13,421 nucleotides of DNA, taken from positions 1 to 13,421 of IMG/VR virus record IMGVR_UViG_3300034196_000017; one strand, given 5' to 3'. Source of the DNA: a virus (Duplodnaviria; Heunggongvirae; Uroviricota; Caudoviricetes). A program made the translations under genes and the position numbers. The notes under the pieces are model-generated. The model was not told the origin of the DNA, searched no databases, and saw only the letters and a list, made by a program, of their open reading frames with translations. Shown here in pieces: positions 6,267 through 12,733 of this stretch (position 1 is its first letter; every line of letters starts with the position of its first letter).

Positions 6267-6509
6267 TTAATTGTAATCGTTTTCTTCAATGAACCCGCAA
6301 GCTATAGCCCTCTTTCTAGCTTCCAACATTTGAGGGTTTGTAGTTTTGTGACCACCTGAACAATAGTCACCATGCTTACCGTATCGGCTAATAAGCGTCC
6401 AACCACTAATAGCCTCATTGCCACAGAAGTACAAGTCTTGCCCATTGTGACAACCTAGGAAATAGCAACTTTCACAATCATGCTCATGAATAGGTTTGCG
6501 ATTAGTCAT
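6267..6509 (-). CDS. conserved phage protein with a H-D-C-x-x-C motif, likely metal-binding
   Basis: HEHDCESCYFLG...DLYFC...GDY.SG pattern. Confidence 0.8.
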   Translation of the reverse strand: MTNRKPIHEHDCESCYFLGCHNGQDLYFCGNEAISGWTLISRYGKHGDYCSGGHKTTNPQMLEARKRAIACGFIEENDYN

Positions 6510-6788
6510 TTACAGGTTACTCAATGCATAGTCATATTCATGGCTGTCTATATCGTCTCGGTAAACTTTACCAAGTACCCCAATTTCAAAATCTTTGCTA
6601 CGGTACTGGCGTTTCATCACTTTGATATCAAGCCATGGTTTCAGTGGTCTATATACATTGTCTGGTCTGAATTCTTTGTGCAGTTGCTCAAACAATGAGT
6701 CAAGGCATTCAAAACCAACAGTGTGGGCAATGAGTGAACCCAATGCGTGACGTTGTTCTTCTGTCAATTTAATAGCTTTGGTTGTCAT
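6510..6788 (-). CDS. hypothetical protein (92 aa)
   Basis: Abuts its neighbours; AGGA upstream. Confidence 0.8.
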   Translation of the reverse strand: MTTKAIKLTEEQRHALGSLIAHTVGFECLDSLFEQLHKEFRPDNVYRPLKPWLDIKVMKRQYRSKDFEIGVLGKVYRDDIDSHEYDYALSNL

Positions 6789-6790
6789 GA

Positions 6791-7042
6791 TCAGTTCAGT
6801 CCTAAGGCGATTTTTTCGGCGGGTGTGAGTTTGGCAAGCGCTTGGCGTTTCAGTTCACCACTATTCCAGTGCTGAAGGTCTGCAATGCTTTCGTGAACTA
6901 CAAAGTCACGCTTTACATAGTGACCATGTTCGCCGGCTACCTCTTTAGCGTCTTTTTCATTAGACATAAAGCAATAGTGGTTAGTACGGTCGCCGCCGTC
7001 CCAACGGGAAACATCGTAAGCTTCAATGATACGAGTAGTCAT
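6791..7042 (-). CDS. hypothetical protein (83 aa) ending in ALAKLTPAEK-ALGL
   Basis: AAGGTG upstream; the C-terminal motif is common in small phage proteins. Confidence 0.85.
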   Translation of the reverse strand: MTTRIIEAYDVSRWDGGDRTNHYCFMSNEKDAKEVAGEHGHYVKRDFVVHESIADLQHWNSGELKRQALAKLTPAEKIALGLN

Positions 7043-7052
7043 GTGTCACACC

Positions 7053-7592
7053 TTAAATCATTTTGAACGATTGTACTTCAGTAGTTACAACTTCAAACCG
7101 GGTATGTAACCCTTGGGCAAGATCATCAATCAAGGTTTGAGCATTGTAGCGAATTTGATCCTCTGTACCCTCGATACCCCAAATACTATCGGATATCTCT
7201 GTTTTGTTACCTTCAGAGTCGAGTAGTGTAACTTCGATACCAACATATGACCACTCGTTATTGCACCACGAACGCAAGTACTCAAAGTCGGCACGGGCGG
7301 CAATGGCTGCTTTCTGACGTTTGCTTTCTGTACCATCTAGTGCATCACAACCCCAACCGTCACGCAATGCGATAGCACATGCTTCTTTGAAGTTGTAGTA
7401 CCGATATTCACCATTCGCGCTATTCAAAATCAACTCATCAGGACGTTTGTTGCGACGTACCCAACCTGTTACTGGACCATGCCCTTCGCAGTCTTCCCAA
7501 GGGGCGCCACTGTCATGATCTATATGTACTTCGACAGCAAAGGTCATATCAACGTCAGCAACGGTCATTTCGATATTGTTCATGGTACTCAT
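7053..7592 (-). CDS. conserved phage hypothetical protein (179 aa; PWEDCEGHGPV...RDGWG...DFEYLRSWCNNEW)
   Basis: Long ORF directly behind a promoter and hairpin module; the motifs match a widespread phage family of unknown function as I recall it. Confidence 0.9.
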   Translation of the reverse strand: MSTMNNIEMTVADVDMTFAVEVHIDHDSGAPWEDCEGHGPVTGWVRRNKRPDELILNSANGEYRYYNFKEACAIALRDGWGCDALDGTESKRQKAAIAARADFEYLRSWCNNEWSYVGIEVTLLDSEGNKTEISDSIWGIEGTEDQIRYNAQTLIDDLAQGLHTRFEVVTTEVQSFKMI

Positions 7593-7604
7593 CTCTTTAT
7601 GGTG

Positions 7605-7670
7605 AGAGGGGCTTTCCCCCTCTCTGTGACTACGATTGTACAGGGTTTAGAAAACGTTGCAAGTTTTATT
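7605..7670 (-). promoter_or_regulatory. early sigma70 promoter with a 5' leader hairpin
   Basis: TTGCAA(7662-7657)-16 nt-TACAAT(7640-7635), then GAGAGGGG-GAAAG-CCCCTCTC. Confidence 0.85.
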
Positions 7671-7920
7671 TAAACACTTTCAACCATTCTTTACCATCCC
7701 AATAAAACTCAACCTTTGCAGCGTTTGCAGGCTCATCTACGCAATAGGTACGCTTGGCATTAAGGCACAGTTCATACGCTTTCATCATTGACGGTTGATC
7801 GACAACTGTTTTAGTTGTTCCGACTGGAATTGCGGGTAATGGAATATGACTTGACCCGAACAAAAAGCAGAAGAACAAGAAAGTGAGAACCATAATGATT
7901 TTCATGGTTGATCTAGACAT
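7666..7920 (-). CDS. putative membrane-anchored or exported protein (84 aa)
   Basis: N-terminal hydrophobic stretch IIMVLTFLFFCFLFG; AAGGA upstream. Confidence 0.8.
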   Translation of the reverse strand: MSRSTMKIIMVLTFLFFCFLFGSSHIPLPAIPVGTTKTVVDQPSMMKAYELCLNAKRTYCVDEPANAAKVEFYWDGKEWLKVFK

Positions 7921-7947
7921 GCGCTTAATCCTTTATCTCGTTGGGTA

Positions 7948-7983
7948 TGGGAGTATTGTATTAAATACTCCCAAGCCTTGCAA
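7948..7983 (-). promoter_or_regulatory. sigma70 promoter overlapped by a 10-bp inverted repeat
   Basis: TTGCAA(7983-7978)-17 nt-TACAAT(7960-7955); the inverted repeat TGGGAGTATT/AATACTCCCA spans 7948-7973. Confidence 0.65.
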
Positions 7984-7986
7984 TCT

Positions 7987-8376
7987 TTATCGTACAATTT
8001 TGAAAGATTCTTTTACGTCTTCCAAGCCCCAAACACAAGCGTACAGGTCGATGTTAGTAAAACCATTGGTATGGTTGAAGTACCAGTCGGCAGAAGCTTG
8101 GACACTGAGAGTACCGCCCGATTCTTGAACACGAACTTGATAACCTTCGCTGTCCGTTGCTGTACCTTCAAGGCTGAACCATGATGCATCTTTGTCAGCT
8201 TCAAGGGTGGAACCAATCAAAGAAAGTTTGATAGTCTTTTGAGCCTGCATAGCTTTGAACTCTTTATGAGCGGTTACAAGGTTTTCTTTCAAGATACTAG
8301 CATAGGACATTTTAGAAGATGGTACACGTTGAAAGAACTCTTTAGTGGCTTTGTGTGCTTCTTTCATTACGTTCAT
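7987..8376 (-). CDS. hypothetical protein (129 aa; MNVMKEAHKATK N-terminus)
   Basis: Lies behind a promoter and hairpin module; AGAGAG upstream. Confidence 0.85.
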   Translation of the reverse strand: MNVMKEAHKATKEFFQRVPSSKMSYASILKENLVTAHKEFKAMQAQKTIKLSLIGSTLEADKDASWFSLEGTATDSEGYQVRVQESGGTLSVQASADWYFNHTNGFTNIDLYACVWGLEDVKESFKIVR

Positions 8377-8394
8377 GTTCGTTACTCTCTGTGA

Positions 8395-8462
8395 TGAGAG
8401 GGGCTTTCCCCTTTCTTGATACCAATTCTACAGCCTTTAGAAAACAGTGCAACAACTATTTC
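8395..8462 (-). promoter_or_regulatory. early sigma70 promoter with a 5' leader hairpin
   Basis: AAATAGTTG-TTGCAC(8452-8447)-16 nt-TAGAAT(8430-8425), then GAAAGGGG-AAAG-CCCCTCTC. Confidence 0.85.
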
Positions 8463-8569
8463 GATCTAATAAAAGGTTTCCTTATAACCTTCTGAGAATA
8501 ACAGGCACCATCCCTTCTTGTAGTCCGGTATCATTGTTCCCGCTAGATAATGATATACTAACTAAAACC

Positions 8570-9094
8570 TCAGTCAAGAGGTTTATAGTAATAACCTGAC
8601 TTCTTACCTAACCATCTGTGTAATGTTGCATGTGAAATATTACAAGCATTGGCGCCTTGACGTATCGTCTCAAACTCGCCATTTGGTGTACAAATAATAC
8701 CCTTTGACTTGTAATGCTTTTGTCCTTTGCAACTTTCATATGAACCATGATTTTCAGATAAAGTCAATAATTTACAGCTTTCTATCTGTTCTAACATGTT
8801 TTCATGATTTGTTATAAATCGGCAATTACCTAGAGTGTAGTGTCCTAAGTCTTTATACCTAGCCAAACAATAGTCATGTTCACCAGTGCCAATCTGATTC
8901 GGTTGAATACCAGCGTCAACCATCAAATCTTTATATTGATCGTATGTAATATTTACGCTCAAACCTCTTAGCTCGCTAGTTCTTAGCTTTGTTCGCCACT
9001 TCCGTCTAGCTACTCTATCCAAGTTGTCAGTAGCTATAAAATCATCCCGCGACCATTTATCAATATTTGATTGATCATAAAACTTACCTATCAT
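8570..9094 (-). mobile_element. free-standing HNH-type homing endonuclease with a C-terminal NUMOD1/HTH-like DNA-binding module (174 aa)
   Basis: YCLARYKDLGHYTLGNCRFITNHEN (beta-beta-alpha-metal-like) and TPNGEFETIRQGANACNISHATLHRWL. True start is ATG 9094 after AAAGGAGG, with TATAAT at 9151-9146. Confidence 0.75.
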
Positions 9095-9165
9095 TTTTCC
9101 TCCTTTCCTGTTTGTCTCGTGCCATACCTCACACCGTGTACCGTCATTATACACGAATTAAAGAC

Positions 9166-9192
9166 AAAAGAAAGCCCGTCTTTCGACAGGCT
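9166..9192 (-). terminator. intrinsic terminator
   Basis: On the minus strand, AGCCTGTC-GAAA-GACGGGCT followed by TTCTTTT. Confidence 0.9.
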
Positions 9193-9193
9193 A

Positions 9194-9209
9194 TGTTCCA
9201 CGTGAAACT
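9194..9209. other. parS: chromosomal-type parS site
   Basis: TGTTCCACGTGAAACT matches TGTTNCACGTGAAACA at 15/16; intergenic, between a stop codon and a terminator. Confidence 0.8.
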
Positions 9210-9212
9210 ATT

Positions 9213-9461
9213 TTATTCATTATCATCCGTAAACTGACTTACAAATGATTGAACGCGAGAGTCTAGGCATTTGTAAGCGGATTCAATATCACGCAAACGA
9301 TTTTGATAATAGCTTAACGCTTCGACAAATGCCGATTGTTCAGTCTTTGCACGCATCGCGAGATTAAACCCGCGAGTGGTATCATACAACCAGTATCCGT
9401 CCGTACACTCTGTGATTGCAAGGGTATCTGTCAATTCTGTGTGTTTGATAGTGCTAGCCAT
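9213..9461 (-). CDS. conserved phage hypothetical protein with a C-terminal coiled coil (82 aa)
   Basis: TECTDGYWLYD.TRG.NLAMRAKTE..AF.EAL.YYQ pattern; AAGGAAG upstream. Confidence 0.85.
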   Translation of the reverse strand: MASTIKHTELTDTLAITECTDGYWLYDTTRGFNLAMRAKTEQSAFVEALSYYQNRLRDIESAYKCLDSRVQSFVSQFTDDNE

Positions 9462-9470
9462 GATACTTCC

Positions 9471-9692
9471 TTAATTTGAATTCGCGGTGCAATCAACACC
9501 TTTGTAGTAAAGTACTACGCCAGTTTGACCTTTTGCACAAGCTTCTGACAAGCGCTTATCGCTTTCTTCTTTTTGTGTCTTGTAGCGTTCGGCACTGGCG
9601 ATACGGGCTTGCTCAGTTAAATGCATATCGAGGAATTGCGAAGCTGTGTAGACAACAAAAGCAGAAACAACAATGGCGAATGCGATTTTCAT
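9471..9692 (-). CDS. putative membrane-anchored protein (73 aa)
   Basis: N-terminal MKIAFAIVVSAFVVY; first gene after a promoter module. Confidence 0.8.
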   Translation of the reverse strand: MKIAFAIVVSAFVVYTASQFLDMHLTEQARIASAERYKTQKEESDKRLSEACAKGQTGVVLYYKGVDCTANSN

Positions 9693-9709
9693 TTTCTAAG
9701 TCTCTTTTA

Positions 9710-9779
9710 TGAAAGAGGCTTTTCCTCTTTCTTGACGCCTATTCTACACCTAAAGGATACAGAGTCAACAACTATTTTC
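9710..9779 (-). promoter_or_regulatory. early sigma70 promoter with a 5' leader hairpin
   Basis: AAATAGTTG-TTGACT(9768-9763)-16 nt-TAGAAT(9746-9741), then GAAAGAGG-AAAAG-CCTCTTTC. Confidence 0.85.
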
Positions 9780-9790
9780 ATAAAAATACG

Positions 9791-9816
9791 AAAAAGCCCA
9801 TCGGGTTAGGATGGGC
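9791..9816 (-). terminator. intrinsic terminator
   Basis: On the minus strand, GCCCATC-CTAACCC-GATGGGC followed by TTTTT. Confidence 0.85.
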
Positions 9817-9866
9817 CATGGTGTGTTATTTGCAGATATAGACCTTTTCTTTAATGGTCCCGTTCT

Positions 9867-10229
9867 TTAGTTGTTCACGTTCCAATGCAATATTGGCCCG
9901 CTCAACTTCAAAAATGCCTCTTCCTGTACCTTTCGAATTTGCAAGTTAAATTCAGCTTCTTGCAATTCCGTATAACGTTTCTCCCATAAAGCCTTTTGTT
10001 CAAAGTCAGTGGTATTAGGGCGTTCGGATGCTCGTTTATAAATTTCACTCATTTCTTGATGAAAGGTAGCCTCTGATTCCCATTTGATAGATTTAGCGAG
10101 AAACATCGTACACGCTACCATTAAGACCAAAATGACCGCAAGCGCAATAATGCTTAGCTTGTCATGATTCTTTACCAGCGTTTCAAGTTCTGCATAGGTT
10201 GGCTTGTCATTACAGATAACGTTTCGCAT
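9867..10229 (-). CDS. single-pass membrane protein with a coiled-coil region (120 aa)
   Basis: Transmembrane segment LSIIALAVILVLMVACTMFLA followed by a helical E/K-rich region. Confidence 0.85.
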   Translation of the reverse strand: MRNVICNDKPTYAELETLVKNHDKLSIIALAVILVLMVACTMFLAKSIKWESEATFHQEMSEIYKRASERPNTTDFEQKALWEKRYTELQEAEFNLQIRKVQEEAFLKLSGPILHWNVNN

Positions 10230-10230
10230 T

Positions 10231-10545
10231 CTATTTATTCCTTAGACCGTTGATCTTTTGTGTCATTACTACAGCGCTTTGTTTACCGCCATGTTTATCA
10301 GGGTGAACCAATTGCAACAGGCTGCGCAATTCATCATCATTGAATTGGTGAATAGTCTTAGGTGCATTACGGTCAATTTTACCATGCAAAAGAAAGTCAC
10401 GCCCTCCTTTGTCATTGATTTGTTCAACTAATTCAGTCCAACGAGCTTCTAATGACTGGTATTTGACTTTCCATTTAATAGCCAACCATTGTTCATTGTT
10501 ACGATCTTCTATTGCTTTGTCATAAGTAGACTGACGTACAAACAT
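10231..10545 (-). CDS. coiled-coil protein with a C-terminal HPD (J-domain-like) motif (104 aa)
   Basis: DDELRSLLQLVHPDKHGG...MTQKINGLR. Confidence 0.75.
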   Translation of the reverse strand: MFVRQSTYDKAIEDRNNEQWLAIKWKVKYQSLEARWTELVEQINDKGGRDFLLHGKIDRNAPKTIHQFNDDELRSLLQLVHPDKHGGKQSAVVMTQKINGLRNK

Positions 10546-10704
10546 TTAAACCACCTGAATTAAGTTGTGCAATTTAACTAAGTTAATAACAGTAAGTATA
10601 AGCAATAATAACCGTAATACAAACGCCAACTTCGTGACAGTCTTAACTGTAAGTAGCGTTATAATGCTTACAACTACAGAGAATAAAACGATATATAGTG
10701 TCAT
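10546..10704 (-). CDS. small two-transmembrane-helix protein (52 aa, MTLYIVLFSVVVSIITLLTVK...), missing from the ORF track
   Basis: Translated by hand; ATGA overlap upstream; the stop abuts the next start. Confidence 0.7.
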   Translation of the reverse strand: MTLYIVLFSVVVSIITLLTVKTVTKLAFVLRLLLLILTVINLVKLHNLIQVV

Positions 10705-10892
10705 ACGATTCTCTGTACCATCTTAGCCTTGCTTAGTTCAACACCGTCCAATGTACACGCCCACACGGTGCCGTCATATGCGACGATAGCTACATGATCG
10801 TTTGTAATGTCGGCATAATCCTTACCTGTTTCAAGAAGATACAAAGCGGTTGCAATGTTGAAAACATTAAGGAAAGTTGCTTTAGTAGCCAT
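10701..10892 (-). CDS. hypothetical protein (63 aa, MATKATF...)
   Basis: ATG 10892 follows GAGAG; the tracked 11000 start would overlap a better ORF. Confidence 0.75.
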   Translation of the reverse strand: MATKATFLNVFNIATALYLLETGKDYADITNDHVAIVAYDGTVWACTLDGVELSKAKMVQRIV

Positions 10893-10893
10893 G

Positions 10894-11040
10894 TTAGTTA
10901 CTCTCAATTGTTTTAACAGTATAACGATAGCCACCATATTGGTTATCGAGTTTATCAACACGTTTTCTTGCACGTGATTTACTAGTGTAAGGTTTACCAA
11001 CTTGTAAGCCTGTCATACGATCAATTATTAAGTATGACAT
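10894..11040 (-). CDS. small basic conserved phage protein (48 aa, MSYLIIDRMTGLQVGKPYTSKSRARKRVDKLDNQYGGYRY...), missing from the ORF track
   Basis: Translated by hand; the AR...D.LDN.YG.YRY pattern recurs in small phage proteins as I recall. Confidence 0.75.
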   Translation of the reverse strand: MSYLIIDRMTGLQVGKPYTSKSRARKRVDKLDNQYGGYRYTVKTIESN

Positions 11041-11043
11041 TAT

Positions 11044-11076
11044 TTAAAGACCTACATATCTGATAAACTTTTTCAT
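11044..11076 (-). CDS. 10-aa leader micro-ORF MKKFIRYVGL
   Basis: Strong AAAAGGTG Shine-Dalgarno sequence right after a promoter; stops 3 nt before the next ATG. Confidence 0.4.
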   Translation of the reverse strand: MKKFIRYVGL

Positions 11077-11111
11077 GTTACACCTTTTAGTATTTCCCGT
11101 TGTTGGTACTG

Positions 11112-11150
11112 ATTTTACACCCTTTAGAAAAGGAGTCAAGAACTATTTTC
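11112..11150 (-). promoter_or_regulatory. early sigma70 promoter
   Basis: AAATAGTTC-TTGACT(11139-11134)-16 nt-TAAAAT(11117-11112). Confidence 0.85.
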
Positions 11151-11403
11151 AAGGAATTTCGTTTTCCTGTAGCTCTTTAGATTCGATGTCGATGGAAACA
11201 ATCTCGAATACCGTTTCACCGATCTGATATTTATTGAGCCAGTTTGTCAAGCCTTTTTCATCTTGCCATACGGCTTGGTATTCATCATTGTGCTGGCTTG
11301 TGTTGAGGGTGCTGTCAGCCTTGTCTGTAGTTGTATCAATGACATAATCGCTACAAGCTGACATTGTGCATACTACAGCAACAGTTGCAAATAGGACGGA
11401 CAT
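11149..11403 (-). CDS. putative exported or membrane protein with an N-terminal Cys pair (loosely YebW/DUF1482-like)
   Basis: MSVLFATVAVVCTMSACSDYVID; the family resemblance is from memory only. Confidence 0.75.
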   Translation of the reverse strand: MSVLFATVAVVCTMSACSDYVIDTTTDKADSTLNTSQHNDEYQAVWQDEKGLTNWLNKYQIGETVFEIVSIDIESKELQENEIP

Positions 11404-11637
11404 TTAAACACCCTCAAATGATTTAAGAAGTTGGTTCAATGGAACGTTATCAATTGGTAAAAAGTAGTCACACTCTTTATCACTAATTGGAAAGTCAAAA
11501 GCTTTAAATTTTGCATTTGTTCCAGAAGATGCATTTTCTAAATCTTTGATGTTTTCGCAAGCAACCCATAAAACCCGGTCATCTGTACTGTCTGTATTTG
11601 CATCAAAACCATTTGCAATTACTTCAAATTTTAACAT
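11404..11637 (-). CDS. hypothetical protein (77 aa)
   Basis: AAAGAGGT upstream; abuts the next gene. Confidence 0.85.
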   Translation of the reverse strand: MLKFEVIANGFDANTDSTDDRVLWVACENIKDLENASSGTNAKFKAFDFPISDKECDYFLPIDNVPLNQLLKSFEGV

Positions 11638-11649
11638 TTTAAACCTCTT

Positions 11650-11889
11650 TTACGGAATGTATTTAACTAGTAATTTCACATTAACAAGTTGGCGCGCTTG
11701 TTCAATAATTGATGTTAGACTATGACCAAAAATAAGTTTGTCTTTGATCATTTTACCAACTGACACCACTTCAGAATCATAATCTTTGGTCATGTATTCT
11801 GCTACTTTATGAAGTGCTTGTCTATCGGTGTCTCGGATGGAATCCCACTCTCTGTCACCATGAATTGCAATAACCTGATATCCTGACAT
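11650..11889 (-). CDS. hypothetical protein (79 aa, MSGYQVIAIHG...)
   Basis: ATG 11889 follows GAGGT; the tracked 12030 start overlaps ORF 11891..12100. Confidence 0.8.
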   Translation of the reverse strand: MSGYQVIAIHGDREWDSIRDTDRQALHKVAEYMTKDYDSEVVSVGKMIKDKLIFGHSLTSIIEQARQLVNVKLLVKYIP

Positions 11890-11890
11890 T

Positions 11891-12100
11891 TTAAACAACC
11901 TCATAAGTGAAAAGAGTTTCGCCATGGCCACCACGGAAAACCGAACCGTCAGAAACGTTGAACCAGCTGTTAAAGTCTGAAACCTGAAGAACTCCAGCAC
12001 ATACACGCACTTCAAAATACCTACCGTCAATGTAGATTCCGTTACCCTTGTTCAAATGGGATTGGATTTTAACAGCCGCTTGCTTTGGTGTTAGTTTCAT
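11891..12100 (-). CDS. hypothetical protein (69 aa)
   Basis: TAAGGTG upstream. Confidence 0.85.
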   Translation of the reverse strand: MKLTPKQAAVKIQSHLNKGNGIYIDGRYFEVRVCAGVLQVSDFNSWFNVSDGSVFRGGHGETLFTYEVV

Positions 12101-12175
12101 ACGTCACCTTATAAATTGGGTTGGTTGTACTGGTAAAGCCCCAGTCAAGGGGCTTGAGAAGTGGCTAGAACTAGT

Positions 12176-12379
12176 CTACTTGTACTGCTTAGCTAGAAAT
12201 TCTTTCTCGGCATAGCCGAACAGCTTATTCCCGTACATAGGATGATTTGGGTTTCCTTCATCTTCCCAACCTTTAGGTTTTTCCTTCAAAACCCAATTTT
12301 GCGGCTCATCTAATTCAGCGATGTTAGAGAAGATGAAACCTTTAGGACATTGAGCTTTCATCAGTTCGCGGCTGTTCAT
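12176..12379 (-). CDS. hypothetical protein (67 aa; LFGY...EFLAKQYK C-terminus)
   Basis: First gene after the 12414-12452 promoter; GGAGA upstream. Confidence 0.85.
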   Translation of the reverse strand: MNSRELMKAQCPKGFIFSNIAELDEPQNWVLKEKPKGWEDEGNPNHPMYGNKLFGYAEKEFLAKQYK

Positions 12380-12413
12380 CTCGTCTTTCTCCGTTGTTTG
12401 TTTCGATAGAGCT

Positions 12414-12452
12414 ATAGTCTCACACCATTACCGACTGTGCAAGCACTATTTT
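12414..12452 (-). promoter_or_regulatory. early sigma70 promoter with an extended -10
   Basis: AAATAGTGC-TTGCAC(12442-12437)-17 nt ending TGTGA-GACTAT(12419-12414). Confidence 0.7.
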
Positions 12453-12733
12453 CTAAAGATCATATTCTTTCTGTAAGCTCGTGGGGTGCGTCCTACGCCA
12501 CTGCCATGCACACCCTTTATACCTTTGCGACTTAGTAGCTTGTGTGCCGTCTCAAGCCTTACCAGCTCGTTAGAGACTGATTTACAGATACAGGGTAACT
12601 CACTTAGTCCCTCATGCTTTCGCTCAAGTTCTGGGACGATATCAGATACTGAAAACTCTAACAGAGTTGTTGACGCAAGCCAGAGGTTTACACACGAACG
12701 TACATACGGCGTAATTTCGTTAGGTGCTGGCAT
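12446..12733 (-). CDS. hypothetical basic protein, possibly winged-HTH (95 aa)
   Basis: FSVSDIVPEL...KSVSNELVRLE..HKL...G..GVGRTPRAY resembles wHTH helix and wing spacing; inference only. Confidence 0.7.
   Translation of the reverse strand: MPAPNEITPYVRSCVNLWLASTTLLEFSVSDIVPELERKHEGLSELPCICKSVSNELVRLETAHKLLSRKGIKGVHGSGVGRTPRAYRKNMIFRK

Noticed and set aside
8546-8564. Fur-box-like GATAATGATATACTAACTA
   Set aside because: Only 12/19, with one good half, in an AT-rich segment.
7605-9731. N4-type virion RNA polymerase hairpin promoters
   Set aside because: These hairpins have 4-5 nt loops and lie downstream of complete sigma70 -35/-10 elements, unlike the 3-nt-loop N4 promoters.
10966-10981. 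CACGTG core within TCTTGCACGTGATTTA
   Set aside because: The flanks do not match parS and the site is within an ORF.
12125-12148. Promoter using the TTGACT in the 12136-12155 hairpin loop
   Set aside because: The nearest -10-like hexamer (TACAAC) is only 13 nt away, and the family upstream element is absent.
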